The notes beneath the pieces were generated by a model. That model did no database searches. It saw nothing but the letters and a program-made list of their open reading frames with translations, and had not been told where the DNA came from. From the human T2T-CHM13v2.0 reference genome, Homo sapiens: 64,000 nt of DNA. Below, in pieces: positions 24,600 to 39,350 of this stretch. The translations under genes were made by a program, and so were the position numbers. The DNA is taken from NCBI RefSeq assembly GCF_009914755.1, contig NC_060937.1. The stretch is one strand, 5' to 3'. How positions within the stretch are numbered: position 1 is the stretch's first letter; every line of letters begins with the position of its first letter.

Positions 24600-25450
24600 A
24601 ACAATATGTCCTCGTGGTTAAAATCCTACACTTATAACACCAAATCTTGGAAATGATGTAGAACAATAAGAAATCATTCATTAGTGGGAGGAAATCAAAA
24701 TAGTACGCCCACCTAGGAAGAAAGTTTGGCTATGATCTAGCAATCACACTTCTAGTATTGACCAAAATGAATTGAAATCTTATGTCAACAATAAAAGTCT
24801 GAACACAAACATTTATAGTAGCTTTACTCATAATGGTAAAAAAATAGGAAGCAACCAAGAAATCATTGAAAAGGTGAATGGATAGACTGAGCATATTCGT
24901 GAACTGGAATATTCTTTATTGATAAAAAGAAATGAGCTTTAAAGCCATGAAAAGACATGGAGGAACTTAAAATGCATATAGCTTAGTGATAAAATATCTT
25001 ATAATAAGCTCATCTGAAAAGGCTACACACTGTATGATTCTAACTATATGACATTTTGGAAAAGGCAAAACTATAAAGACAGTAACAATTTCAGTGGTTG
25101 CCAGAGATAGAGAAGGTGGTAATAAGCTTGGAGATGAATAAACAGGTATAGTACAGAGTATTTTTAGGGTACTCAGACTAATCTATTTCATACAGTAATG
25201 AAAGATACATGACTTTCTGGATTTATCAAAACCCATAGAATTGCAACACACAGAATGTTCCTTAATATAAATCATAGACTTTAGTTAATAAAAATTTATC
25301 CATATATGTTTATCAGTTGTAACAAATGTACCTCACTAACTCAAGATATTAATAAGGGGAATTGTGAACATGGGTGAGATCGATTATATGAGAAATGCCT
25401 GTACAATCTGCCCAACTTAATGAAAATCTATAAGTGTTCTAAGAATCTGT
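24600..25450 (+). mobile_element. L1MC-type 3'-end fragment
   Basis: 'ccatgaaaagacatggaggaactta', 'aaaggctacacactgtatgattctaactatatgacattttggaaaaggcaaaactata', 'ttgtaacaaatgtacc'. Confidence 0.8.
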
Positions 25451-25469
25451 AATGGCTTGTTTTAAAAAA

Positions 25470-27220
25470 TAAATATTTATAAACCTAGTAAAATATGTAC
25501 AGGACTTGCATGGTGAAAACTAGAAAACATTTATCTAAATAAATGGACTTTGATTATGAATTGGAAGTCTCAATATAGTAGAGATGTCATTTCCTTCCAA
25601 ATTGATATGCACATATAACACAATTTCTATTAAAATCTCAGCAAGATATTTTATAAATACAAATGTAGTTATTTTAAAATGTATGTGGAAAAAGAGAACC
25701 AGAATAGTAAAAACAATTTTGAAAAAGAAACACAAAGTTGGATAAATCTATGTACCCAATTTCAAGACTCCATATGTAGTAACAGTAATTAAGGCAATGC
25801 TCATGCTGTTTTGAGGAAGGGTAGACACAAGTATAAATGTAACACAACAGAGTATTAAAAAATAAAGCCATGCAACTATGTCCACTGATTTTTGACTAAT
25901 GTGCAAAAAAATTTAAATGGAGAAACTAAAGCATTTTCAATTGGACATCTATAGGCCAGAAAAAAACTAACTTAACTCTCAACTTAAGTTTTTCTCCTTA
26001 TTAAAGAAAATATCTCAAAGTGGATTATAGATTTATATGTAAACTGTATAATGAAGAAAAAAGAATAAGAAAGAAAAGAGAAAATCTTAATGATGCAGGA
26101 CTAGGAATTTAAAGTGTTCTTAAACTGGAAACAAAAAGCACAATCAATAACATGGGAAAAATGATAAATTTGGCTACATTAAAACTGAAATACTTTGCTC
26201 TGCAAAGGACCCTGTCAGCAGATTCAATGACGAATACCAGCTGGAAGAATAGTGTTGCAAACTGTGTTTCCAACAAAAGACTTACATGCAGAATATGTAA
26301 AGAATGCTCCAAACTTAACAGGTAAAGAAACAGAAAGTAGGCAAAATAAATTATCAAACATAGCACCGAAAGGGATATACAGATGGCAATTAAACATAAG
26401 AAAAATATACTGAATATCACCAGTTATTAGCTATATTAAAGCCACAATAAGATATCGGTGTGCACAAATTCAGCATTACTGAAATAAAAATAGAGACATT
26501 AGCAAATGCTTGTGATGATGCCAAATAATCACATAAGTTACGCTTTCCTGGGTGGAATCTAAAATACTATAGGTGCTCTGAAAAACAATGTGGCAATTTC
26601 TTAAAAAATAAACACGTAACTGTTAAGACAGAGTTAGTGAACTTCTAGGCACTTATTGAAGGAAAATAAAAACTAATTTTCACACAAAATGCTTTAATTG
26701 AATGTTTATAGTGGCTTTCTTTGCAATAAATAGCCAAAAATAGGAAAAGCTCCAAGATGTTAAGCAAATCGCAGTATATCAAGACCCGGGAATACTACTC
26801 AGGTACAAACAACAATTAACTAATTATACACACAAAAACCTGTATGAATCTCCAGAGAATTACGCTGAGTGAATAAAAAAGCTATTCCTCAAAATTGTAT
26901 GGTTGCATTTGGCATGATTACACCTATTTTGAAAAGACAAAAATATAGAAATAGAGAATAAATTAGTGGTTGCCAGGCAAAAAGGAAAAGCTAGATGTAG
27001 GAGGGAAGTGGGTTTAAATATAAAAGTATAACATGTGGGCTCCTGTCTTGATGGAGATGTTCTGTAGCTTGACTTTCTCAATGGAAATACCCAGGTTGGG
27101 ATATTGTACTATAATTTTGCAAAATTTTATCATTAAGAGAAATTTATAAATAGAAACACATGTCCTTTCTATATTATTTCTCACAACTGCATTTGAATTT
27201 ATAATTTAATTATAATAAAC
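25470..27220 (+). mobile_element. L1MD-type element (ORF2 3' part plus 3' UTR)
   Basis: Degenerate ORF2 ('ttggaagtctcaatatagtagagatgtca') ending in an L1MD-like tail 'gatggagatgttctgtagcttgact...atattgtactataattttgcaa...cacaactgcatttgaat'. Confidence 0.78.
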
Positions 27221-28014
27221 AGCTAAAATAGAAAAAATAGAAATACCCAGACCTCGAACACTAAATCACTGATAAAATTAAAAACATTTATTAAAAAGTA
27301 TATGTATGGAAAATGAGAATTGTCATACAACATCATGAGCGATATAAAAAAGTGATTTATGTATTATTTTAATATCTTTAAGTTGTGATTTCTTAAGACT
27401 ATAAAAAAGTGAAAATTTTTTCAACCTTAAATTATTTTACTGTTAGAGAAGCATTCACATATATTTGGAACAAAAGTGAGACTCCAAAGTCCGGGGATTT
27501 GAATGAACTCTATGTGCAGTAGTTTAAGAATTTAAACTGTCTAGTTAAAAGGGCAGAGACATCAATGCCTCAAGACTATTAATATGATTTGGTATATTTT
27601 ATTAATATCATCAACAATCTATCAGTATAAGGGCTAATATTTAATATGAAACATAGAGTCAACTGATATTATAAGCAAAATAATTCATGAAAAAATTTAT
27701 AAATGTGTACATGAATATGTGTATTTGTGATACTAACACTATAAATTAAAAATTTATATTAAGAAATATACATTTTGATATTCCAAATATAGACATAATT
27801 TAAGATAATGTTACTTATTAGAAAGTATGTGAGACTTGTCATTTTAATTTTAAAAAACACACGATTAAGTAATATTTGTGATAAGCTGAAATCTGAACAA
27901 TTTCTACAAAATTTGGAAATATAAAATAACTAACATTTTATAATATAGTTAGAGTTAATTTATTCAAACTATAAATGTTATTTGACTACTCAGGAATGTT
28001 ACACTCGTAAGTTA

Positions 28015-28371
<357 letters not shown>

Positions 28372-30589
28372 CTGTAATTGATTTTAAAATATTTTTAAAA
28401 GTTTAATTCCCTGTTTGCAAATGAACTTTATGTTACTTAAAGTACCCTTTAATGTAATTATTAATACTTGCTTGATATATAAATGCAATGGCATAATTTT
28501 TATGCTAGATTTAGAAGTTTATTGAATAAATATTTTACTTATAATTTTAATGTGTTGAATATTAAACTTTAAAATATCAAGAGATTTCTGAATATTCCTT
28601 TCTGAATACACATACACACTCACACACACAAAACACATATATAACAGAGAAAAAAAAAACCTCTATCATATCACAGCAAATGGAATACCAGAGAAAGCTC
28701 CAAGAAGGAAATTACAGTTTAAAAACAAAATAACTCATGCTAACATACCAGGGGAAAAATAAAAGTAGGGTATAAAGCATACAAAGGATTAGTGATAATA
28801 AACTTTAGAAGAAAGAATAACTAGGGAAACAGACTAAAAATCCCTGGGTGCTTTGTGTTAAAAGATAAGATTTTGAGATGAGATAATTTAAAAAATAAGT
28901 CTGATGAGACAAAATGAACTTGGATAAGTTAAAGACACAAGGCAAAGATCAAGAAAATGGGATTAAACAACTAATACATAATACATAAATTACAAACAGA
29001 ATAGACTTCTTGATAATTAAATTATTGAGACTGAAAACATATTAAGATAATTACAGTGACTACAGAATAAAAAAGATAAAATAATTAAATTGATATTTTA
29101 ATGCATAGGTGGAATAAAAATATAAAATATTTTCATATTTGAGAAATCTAAAGTAGAGAACTCCCCTAATGAAAAAGTAAAAATTTCCACGAATGAAATA
29201 GTTTTCTATTATTTCAAAGTGGATTTTTTTTCCTACCGTTTTTTTCTTTCTTCTCCAGCAAAATACCTAATAGTTCATTATCTGTGTTTTTTGAAACTGG
29301 TTTTCAGGAGCTAATCATCTATTAAATATTATTTTTAGTTAAATGTACTGAATAAATTTGGATTCAGTATTTTGAAGAGTGTTATATAATGCAGTTGTAT
29401 TTATCCATTTTTTTCAAGCAAAATTTAAAATCTTACTTAAGATATTTCTCTCTACTGCAAAATGATATATCTGCCATTCCTTTCCTAATGTTTTAAAAGT
29501 TTAATTTTCATATTTGCTTTTTAAAATCTTCTGTGTGAACTGATTTCCCTGTGTGATGTGCAAAAAAAGGTGCAATCTAAAATTAATTGACTCGGCACTA
29601 CATTATTTTATTATCCTATGAAGATAATTATACCATCAATGCAATATAACATTTTTGAGTCTTTCTTTCTAGCCCTTATATTTTTACTACACTTTACTGT
29701 CTTGCTGCATTGTCTAGAATAAACATTCAATAAAGAATAGAATGAGAGAGAGTTGGTTATCTTCTAGTGCACTTGATTTTTAAAAGAATGCTCCTGACTT
29801 TCTAATATTAAACATGGTAATTACACTAGGTTTGAAGTAGGTATTCTTTATTCAGTTTATAAAAGTTCTCTGCTACTCCTGGTTTATTAAGAGTTTTTTT
29901 GATTAATCATCATTGTACTTTATTGAATTTACATTTGTGATTTTAATGAAAAGATTAAATAGTATTTCATTTTAATCTTTTAGTACAGTGTAATTTCATA
30001 GTAGATTTGCCAGTAGTAAACCAAACTTGTATGCACAGGATAAAATCAATTTATCAAAATGCACTAAATTTTTAATAATTTTATTCAATTTGGCAATACT
30101 ATCTTAAGATATTTTTAACCTATTTTCACATGTCAATTTAAACTAAAATTTTCCTTTTTTTGTGTAACCCTTGTCTGCTATTCTATATTAACAAAAAGCA
30201 AACCCCAACTATACAACATAAAGCTGAGAATTAGACTCAAATATTGAGAAAAACCCTCTGGCAAACTTATCAAAAGCACATGGCATCATTAGATGAACTG
30301 GAAACCTGAAGTCTGAAGGCAACCACAACAACAATAACAGCAACTAAAATCCAAATTAAGCTCAAGTCCTGAATTATTGACTCAATTCTCCATACAATTG
30401 CCTGAGATGACAGGTGTCCATTTTCAGGTAAAAACACTATTTACCTGTTTATCTTGTTCTACATGAAATATACGTTACACAATAACATTTATGAGACGTA
30501 TAAAAATCAAAGAAGATTCAATCAATCATCAAGGGACAAAGTAAACAACTTAATAAGTGGAGAATTTAAACAAAGTGATAGAACTATGA

Positions 30590-32199
30590 GAAAGGGATGT
30601 CAAAATAGCCATACTGTACAAAGTAATTTACAGATTCAAAGTTATTCCTATTAATCTATCAATGACATTCTTCACAGAATCAGAAAAAACAATTTTAAAA
30701 TTGATATGGAACCAAAAAAAGCCTGAATAGCCAAGGCAATCCTAAGAAAAAAGAATAAAGCAGGAGACAACGCATTACCAAACTTCAAACTATACTACAA
30801 GGCTACAGTAACCAAAACAGCATGATATATTGTTACATAAACAGACATAGAGACCAATGGAACGAAATAGAGAACCCAGAAATAATGCCACACACCTACA
30901 ACCATCTGATCTTCAACAAAACTGACATAAACAAGCAATGGAGAAAAGACTCCTTATTAAGTAAATAGTACTTGAATAATTGCATAGCCATAGGCAGAAT
31001 ATGAAAACTAGATCCTTTCCTTATACCATATACAAAAATCAACTCAAGATGGATTATAGACTTAGATAAACTCAGAAGTAGAAAAATCCTGCAAGATAAC
31101 CAAGGGACACCATCTGGACATAGCACCTGACAATGACTTTATGACAAAGATGCCAAAAGCAATTGCAACAAAAACAAAAGTTGACACATGAGATCTTTTT
31201 AACTAAAAAGCTTCTGCACAGCCAAGGAAACTATCAACATAGTAAAAAGACTACTTATAAAGTGGGAGGAAATATTTGCAAACTATGCATGTGACAAAGG
31301 TTTAATATCCAGAATCTATAAGGAACTTAAATTTATAAGCAAAAACCAAACAACCTTATTAAAAAGTGGGCAAAGGACATAAACACACACTTTTCAAAAG
31401 AACACATACACGTGGCCAGTAAGCATGTGATAAAATGCTCAACACCACTAACCATTAGAGAAATGCAAATCAAAACCTCAATGAGATACCATCTCACATC
31501 AGTCAATATGGCTATTATTAAAAAGCCAAAAAATAACAGTTGCTGGTGAGGTTGTGGAGAAAAGGGAATGGTTACATAGAGCTGGTGAAAATGTAAATTA
31601 CTTCAGCCACAGTAGAAAGCAGTTGGACAATTTCCCAAAGAACTTAAAGCAGAATTACCTTTTGACTCATCAATCTTATTGTTGGGTATATACCCAAAGG
31701 AATATAAATTGTTCTACCATAAAGACACACATACATGTGCGTTTGTCACAGCACTATTCACAATAGCAAAGACATGAAATTAACCCAAGTGCCCAATCAA
31801 TTGTAGACTGGATAAAGTAAATATGGTACATATATACCATGGAACACTATACAGCCATAAAAAGAATGATATCATGTCCTTTGCAGCAACATAGGTGGAG
31901 CTGGATATCATTATCCTAAGTAAACTGATATAGGTACAGAAAACCAAATACTGCATATTCACACTTATAAGTAGGAGTTAAACATTGAATATGTTTGGGC
32001 ACAAAAAAAGGGACAACAGACACCAAGGCCTACTTGAAGGTTGAAGGTGGGAGGATGGTTAGAATCAAAAAACTATTGAGTACTATGTTTATTACCTAGG
32101 TGATGAAGTAATCTGTACACCAAGCCCCTGCAACATGCATTTTACCTATATAACAAACCTGCACATATATCCCTGAACCTAAAATAAAAGTTAAAAAAA
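30590..32199 (+). mobile_element. L1PA15/16- or L1PB-like 5'-truncated LINE-1
   Basis: ORF2 C-terminal region and complete 3' UTR ending 'aacaaacctgcacatatatccctgaacctaaaataaaagttaaaaaaa'. Confidence 0.9.
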
Positions 32200-32990
32200 G
32201 AAAGAGATGAATGAAAAAGCTCAAAAAATTACATCAAAAATGTATCCCTTAGATAGACTAATTATGTAACATAGCTGAAAAAAGGATTGAGGAATATGAA
32301 TTTAGATCAGTGAAAGTCACCCAAAATGAGACAAATAAAAGAAAACACGAAAAAAATACATAAATAAATAACAAAATTTCCAAGAGCTAGAGGATAATAT
32401 CAAATTCTCTAGCAAATCTATTATCAGTATCCTAGAAGAAAAAAGATGATATAGTTGAAGAGATAACAGATATTTTTTCGTAAAATAATTAATTCTATTG
32501 AAAGGTACACCTAGGAAGCACTGAGAGAAAATTCCAAGCAAGATAAGTAGTACACACACATACTCACAGACATAAACAAACACATAACACACCCAAAAGT
32601 TGATTATATCATATAAACACTTATAGAAATAAAAAATAAAAACAAACTCATGAAGGTACCCATGAAAAATGGAACATCACATAAAGAAGATGAAAACAGA
32701 AATGATTGACTTTCTGTCAGAAATAATGTTAGCCAGAAGAAAATGAAGGGATATATTTAATGTATTTGAAAAGAAAAAAAACTGTTCTTCCCAAATTCTA
32801 TCTCCAATAAGATAATTTTTATAATTAGGAGAAAAATAGAGAACTTTTCCAACAAATCAAAACAGAAATTCAGTGCCATCACATCTGTGCTAAAATGGTA
32901 TTAAAAGAAGTTCTTCCAGTAGAAAAAAAAATTGGGATCTACATGAAGAAATGAAAAGTCTTGGAAATGACATATAAATAAAGAGAAATT
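32200..32990 (+). mobile_element. Ancient L1M ORF1 remnant (host of the flanking younger L1s)
   Basis: Degenerate ORF1 motifs 'tagctgaaaaaaggattgaggaa', 'tgactttctgtcagaaataatgttagccagaagaaaatgaagggatatatttaa', 'aaaagaagttcttc'. Confidence 0.65.
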
Positions 32991-33000
32991 AAAAAACAAT

Positions 33001-34550
33001 TCAACTTTTAGTTTCATGGAGTACATGTGCAGGTGTGTTACATGAGTAAACTGTATGTCAGTAGTGTTTGGTGTATGAATAATTCCAATGCCCAGGTAGT
33101 GAGCATAGTACCTGGTTTGTTACATGGGTAAATTGCATGTCAGTAGTGTTTGGTGCATGAATAATCTCATTACCCAGGTAGTGAGCATAGTACCCGATAA
33201 GTAGTTTTTCAACCCTGGCATCTCTCCTACCCACCCTCAAACAGTAGTCCCCAGTGTCTATTGTTCACATCTTTACATCCATGGGGACTCAGTGTTTAGC
33301 TCTCACTTATATGTGAGAACATATGGTATTTGATTTTCTGTTCCTGTGCTAATTCACTTAGGATTATATCCTCCAGTTGCAATTATGTTGCTACAAAGGA
33401 TATGATTTCATTTCTTTTTATGGCTGCATATTATTCTATGCTGTATTTGTGCCATATTTGCTTTATCCATTCCACTGTTGATGGGCATCTAGGTAGATTC
33501 CATGTCTTTGTTATTGTGAAGAGTACTGTGATGAACATACAAGTTCATGTGACTTTTGATAGAATGAGCTATTTTCCTGTGGGTATGTATCAAGTAATGG
33601 GACTGCTGGGTTGAATGATAGTTCTGTTTTAAGTTCTTTGAGAGATGTCCTAGCTGCTCTCCACGGTGGCTGAACTAATTTACATTCCCAGTACCAGTGT
33701 GTAAGCATTCTCTTTTGTCTGCATATTTGCCGACATCTGTTATTTTGTGACTTTTTAGAAATGGTCTTTCTGAGTGGTATAAGCTGGTATCTCATTGTGG
33801 TTTTGATTTGCATTTCTCTGATGTTTAGTGATATTGAGCATTTTTCTTGTATTCGTTGGCTGCACATATGTCTTCTTTTGAAAAATGTCTGTTCATGTCT
33901 TTTCCAAATGTTAATGGGGTTATTTGTTTTTTGCTTGTTCAATTGTTTAAGTTCCTTATAGATTCTGGATAGTAAGCCTTTGTTGGACACATAGTTTATG
34001 AATATTTTCTCCCATTCTGTACAGTATTTTTTTTCTGTTGATAATTTCTTTTGATGTGTAGAAGCCTTTAATTTAATCAATTCCCCTTTGTCAAGTTTTT
34101 TGTTGTTGTTGTTGCAATTGCTTTTGGGCACTTAGAAATAAATTCTTTGCCAAGTCCAATGTCCAGAATAGTTATTTCCCACATTTTACTCTAAAACTTT
34201 CAGAGTTTTGTATATTCAATGTAAATCTTAAATTCATCTTGAGGTAATTTTTGTGTATGATGAAAGTTAGCGGTCAAGTTTTATTTTCTGCCTGTGATGA
34301 GCCAGTTATCCCAGCATCATTTACTGCATAGGGAGTCCTTTCCATTGCTAACTATTGTCAACTTTGTCAAAGATCAAACGGTTGTAGATGTGCAGCTTTA
34401 TTTCTGGGTTTTCTATCCTGTCCCGTTAGTCTATGTGTCTGTTTTTACACCAGTACCATATAAATTTGGTTATTGTAAGCCATGTAGTATAGTTTAAAGT
34501 CAGGTAGCGTGATGACTCCAGTTTTGCTCATTTTGCTTAGCATTGCTTAA
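33001..34550 (-). mobile_element. L1PA16-like 5'-truncated LINE-1
   Basis: 3' UTR 'caacttttag...gtacatgtgcagg...gggtaaattgcatgtc...cccaggtagtgagcatagtaccc'. ORF 33511-34131(-) includes ORF2 C-terminal fragments ([12 protein letters not shown]; HWYWECKLVQP). Confidence 0.9.
33032..33195 (+). repeat. Tandem duplication, 82-bp unit x2, in L1 3' UTR
   Basis: 'tgttacatg.gtaaa.tg.atgtcagtagtgtttggtg.atgaataat...cccaggtagtgagcatagtacc' at 33036 and 33118. Confidence 0.93.
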
Positions 34551-35339
34551 GATTGTTATTTTGAAAAAATAATGAAAGTTCTTTTATCTAATGTTCGATA
34601 TTTCATCATTAATCGGTAGATGATCTAAAACAATAGATATAAATAGCATTTTAAATAGGGAGAAAAATTGGGGAAGCTGATAAGACAAATCTACACCTGT
34701 CTGAAAACTACATCAATTGGTGATAAAAATATAAAGAAAACTAAGTAAATAAAAAATATATTTTAAAAGCAGAACAGATACACTTAGAGACGTTGAGGTA
34801 ATCAACAGAAAAACTTTAAAAAAAATGTTTAAAGCAGTTTTCTGGGTCAAAGGCCTCTGAGTCCTCGCAAATTTGCTTCTTCTTTTAAGCATTTTGTTCT
34901 ATTTAAATTTTTAAAACCATATTCAAGTAATACTTAGGTTTAAGATAAGTAACTTAGATAAGTTACTTTATTTAAAAAATGTGTATATTAGGTATTCTAG
35001 CTCAAATAATTAACAATTATAAACAGAAAAGTAATTATCAAACCACTAATGATGATTAAAAGAATAATAAAAATACTTGCTAAACTAAAAAGAAAGCAGA
35101 AAAAAAGAAAATATGCGATAACTAAATATTACAAATTTTAAAACTTATGTTGGTATATTTAAATCTAATCATAAAAATAACGATTTTATTTTTACTTATT
35201 CATTAGTGTAAGTTTTTTAAATCAAAAGATAGATACTAGGTAAAAAAGGAAGAGACACACATATGCTCTTTATAAGAAATCCACCTTAAATATAAATGTA
35301 TAGATAGGCTATAGGTAAAATAAAAATGTTAGTTGAGTA

Positions 35340-36830
35340 TTGACATCTCATTAAATTTCTATATGTCTCTAAAAGTCCTCATTTTCACTTCATTTCTGTA
35401 TGACTTTTTTGATGTTTGCAGATTCTAGGTTGATGTTTTTGCTTATTTCTTTTTGTTTGCTTTGTTTATTTTTTCTCTCACTCCACTGTTTTCTCACTTT
35501 TCTTGTTTTTGGTGAGAAATATGCAGCTATTCTTATTTATATTCTTTTGATGTAACATGAAATTTTATTCTAATGCTGCTTTTAAATTTTTAAATTTATC
35601 ACTGATTTTGAGGGATTTGTGATGTGACTTGTGATAGGTCATATTCCTTGAATTTTGATTTTGTAGAGCTTGTTAGATATGTGGCTTAACAGTTTTAATC
35701 AAGTTAAAATTTTTTTAGCATTCATTTTTTAAATGTTGTTAATGTTTTTACTTTTTTTCTTTTCTTCAGAATCTCCACTATGGATATATTAGGTAGTAAT
35801 TTGACATCTGCTAGAGTTCACTAATGTCATCTTCATTTTGAATTGTTATATATAATTTTGGATGATTTATATTATTATATTTTCACGTTTTTTTTTCTTG
35901 CATAACAGCTAGTCTTTGGTAAATCAACTTGAGAACAGTTCAATCAATGCAATTTTAGTCTCAAGATGTTTAATATGTGTCATTTTAATAACTTTTAAAT
36001 ATTTAACTTTTTGAACATTGGGATGCAGTTATAATATGTATTTTTTGTCTCCTAATTTTTATATCTGTGTCAGTTCTGGGTCAGTTTTGGCTGATTGATC
36101 ATTCATTTCATTAAAGATTATATTTTCCTGGTTCTTATCATATATGGTAATTTTTGCCCGTATGCTAGAACTCATAGATTTTACCTTGCTGGGCACTAGA
36201 TATTTATAAATATTTTTGAACTGTGTTCTGGATGCAGTTCTCTATTGTATCTCTCTGATCCTTTAAGTTCATGCACTACAAATTTGTTAGGTGGAAGCGG
36301 GGCAGCATTTAATCTAGATCTAAATTTACCTCACTTCTAAGGCAAGACCCTTTAGAGTAATCTATGCAATTCTCAATGACTTAGAAAATTTCCTACTTGG
36401 CTGGTGGGAAATAGTTACAATTTCCAGCTCTGTATAAGTGCTAAATATTGTTCCTTCTTTTGCCAGCCTCAGATGTTTTCTTCACTACCTGTACTAGCCA
36501 GGTATTTGTTGAATAGTCTAGGGGATCTCTCTGCATATCTCTGCAATTTTCTTAATTTCAGCTTTATCCTTTCTAGTATTCAGTCCTGCCTTCATTTCCT
36601 TGAAGTTTTGACTTTGTTTTCGCACATCAGGGAAATTTTTGGACTCCATCTTGCTTACCCTGTCTTCGGGCAGTAAGTGAATGGTGGCGGCAATTGAAGG
36701 CTGACCTCATGTGTTTCCAATGTCTTAGAGATCACTGTTCTTTATTTCCTAATATACTGGGTTGGAAATCTTTTGTTTCACATTCTTATCCTGTTTGTTG
36801 TTGTTGCATGTGGGAGAATAAGTCCGATCC
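35340..36830 (-). mobile_element. Ancient L1M ORF1/5' region remnant
   Basis: 'cctcattttcacttcatt...agattctaggttga...ctccactgttttctc...ggtgagaaatatgcagctattcttat', typical of antisense L1M ORF1. Confidence 0.6.
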
Positions 36831-36879
36831 CTCTTGCTTGAAAAAGGCAAAAAAACCAACTAGACATATGGATATATTA

Positions 36880-37960
36880 AGAAAACGTTTTCAACAGTAG
36901 AACTCACTTTTTGAGAAATAGTGAGGAGGACACTATAGCTGAAGTAGAGTGAAAACAAAGCTTGTAAAGTCACAGGAGAGAGGCTGAGAGATGTAAGTGG
37001 TGGGTAGATCATATTAAATATTGCAGACCATTGTAAAGATGCTGGTTTTAAACTGAATTATTTGGGGAATCACTGTAGAGTTGTGAAATGATTAATGAGA
37101 TGATCTGAAATAAGATTTAAATGAGTAACAGACCACAGTATGACAAGGGTAAAAATATGAAAGCTTAGGGGGTTTTGAAAGTAATACAGGAGAGAGATAA
37201 TGGTAGCTTTTTCCAGGGTAATAGGCTAATGGCAGTACAACTGATGAGAAATGGGTGGATTCTGAATATATGTTAAAATATATGTAATATGGATCATGAA
37301 GGACTAGATGTGAGATGTTAAGAAATAGATTGAAACAAGTATGAATTCAAGGATTTTGAGCTAAAACACTGGGAGGATGAAATTGCTCTCAAGTGAGATT
37401 GAAAATGTTCAGAGAGGAGCAGGGTCTTGGGCAGAAGACCTGGCGTTTAATGTTATTAATGATGACTTGAGATGTACAGTATACATCAGTATGAAAATGC
37501 TCATTAGGAAGATGAATATATGCATGTGAATTTATGGAAAGAAGTCTCAGCTAAAAACAGAAATTTGAGAATCATCAGTATATGAAGGGTATTTAAAGCC
37601 ATTATCTTGAAAATGATCTTCGAAAAAGTAAATTTACAAGAAAAATATTCAGTCATAGGTAGCTAAAAATTAGCAGGTAATAAGAAGATAAGAAATTTGC
37701 AAAGGAGACTGAGAAGGATCAACTATCAATTGGCATGTCTTGTAGGAGAAAAACCAGGAGACAGTGGTTTACTGGCAGGTCAGTGAAGAAAGGGTTTACA
37801 AGAAAAAAGAGTGATCAATTGTGCCTTATAGTGCTGGTAGATGAAGTCAAACAATCAGTGAAGAGTGAACATTTTATTTTGTATTATGGGGACTATTGAT
37901 GATCTTGACATGAGTTCTTTTAGTAAAGTGGTAGGTACAAAATCTAATTGGGAATGTTTA
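36880..37960 (-). mobile_element. L2 LINE fragment
   Basis: L2-like 'tagctgaagtagagtg...gaccattgtaaaga...atacaggagagagataatggtagct...tggattctgaatatatgtt...gactagatgtgag...aaggagactgagaagga...gatcttgaca'. Confidence 0.75.
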
Positions 37961-37974
37961 ATACAAAATTAGAA

Positions 37975-39350
37975 TAATTGCCACTTTCAGCAGTGACAGC
38001 TCGACTGGATTTGAACTAATCGATTCACTAAAAATATATATGATTTAAAAAATGTCTTAACAATAGCTGAGAATAAACATGGCAGCCTGACTTGAGCGAT
38101 TAACTTCCTGGAGCAAAGAATACACATTGCAGAAGCCTATTTTCTGAGCAAAATTTCCCCTCAAAGCATTGACTGACTCCTAAAGTACACATGTACAAGG
38201 AAAATCTCCTAGAAACCAGGAAAAAAGCAGGTTTGAGGTGTCTAAAAGCTAAGTGGTCATTTCAGGTATCTCACAGAGAAGAGGAAAATGTGATTTTAGA
38301 AATATCGACATTTATGCCAGTGAACAAAAGATGAAGATTATGTTTTAAATAGTTTAAAATATAGTTAATGTGACAAAAATATTTAACATACCTGTAATTG
38401 GAGTCATAAAATGAGAGAAGAGAGAATAAGGTACAATTTTAAAGAGATAACTAAACTTTTTTCCTGAAGCTGATTAAAAGTATCCAAAGATTCAAAATGC
38501 TCAGCAAGCCCAAGCGATAGACACAAATAAAACCATACATAGATACAATCAAACTGCTGACAAAACAGAATCAAAGGGGGAAAAAGTTTTAAAGGCACCA
38601 GAAGCACACATATCACAGCAGACACAGTATTTTCAAAGGAAAACAAATTAGATGGACCTGACTCAAATCTGGAGATGAGAAAACAGTGGGTTGATGTATT
38701 TAACATGATGAAAGGATATGGTTCTATAATTGTTAATATAGATATCTATATATCTATATCTGTGTCATCTATGTAAATAAATGAAAGTCACATTAAGAAA
38801 TATGTTTACAAAAGGAAAAAAAACACAAAAATATTTGTTATTAAAAGGCCTGCAGTTAAGGAAATACTACAGGGAGTTTCTTAGGCCAAAGTAAAATTAT
38901 AGTAAATAGAGCACGTGGATGCAGGAAATATGGAGTAATGGAAAGTCTAACAAGTAGCAAGTGAAAATTAATGCTAATTTCATAAAATAATTATAACAAG
39001 ATTTTATGAGTTTATATATTTGAATTGGAGATGGAAACACAATAAAACAAAATACTTCAGAATTTCAACAGCTATACTCTGTCAAAAGATCCTCACATTT
39101 TTTATGTACTACTAAAATTATTTACTATATACGCTAAGTGAAAAATACTAATTATGATCTCTAGAATAATCTCTAGAAAATATAGAAAATAACAATTGCA
39201 CAACTTAAAAAGCTCAAGGGGAAATGGATACTCACACAACTCCTTGATTAATTCATAAGTATGCAAGAAAAGAAAGGAAAAGGGGTCCAAAATACACATG
39301 AAATAAATAGAAAAATACTAAAATTAAAACATTATTAAGCTATTAGTTCT
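37975..39350 (+). mobile_element. Ancient L1M/HAL1-like 5' and ORF1 remnant
   Basis: 'aacatacctgtaattggagtc', 'ttttaaagagataac...ttcctgaagctgattaaa', 'gaaaacagtggg...tttaacatgatgaa'. Confidence 0.5.

Noticed and set aside
33511-34131. 206-aa ORF and other L1 ORF2-like ORFs across the window
   Set aside because: They are frameshifted fragments of dead, truncated L1s. No intact ORF1/ORF2 is present.
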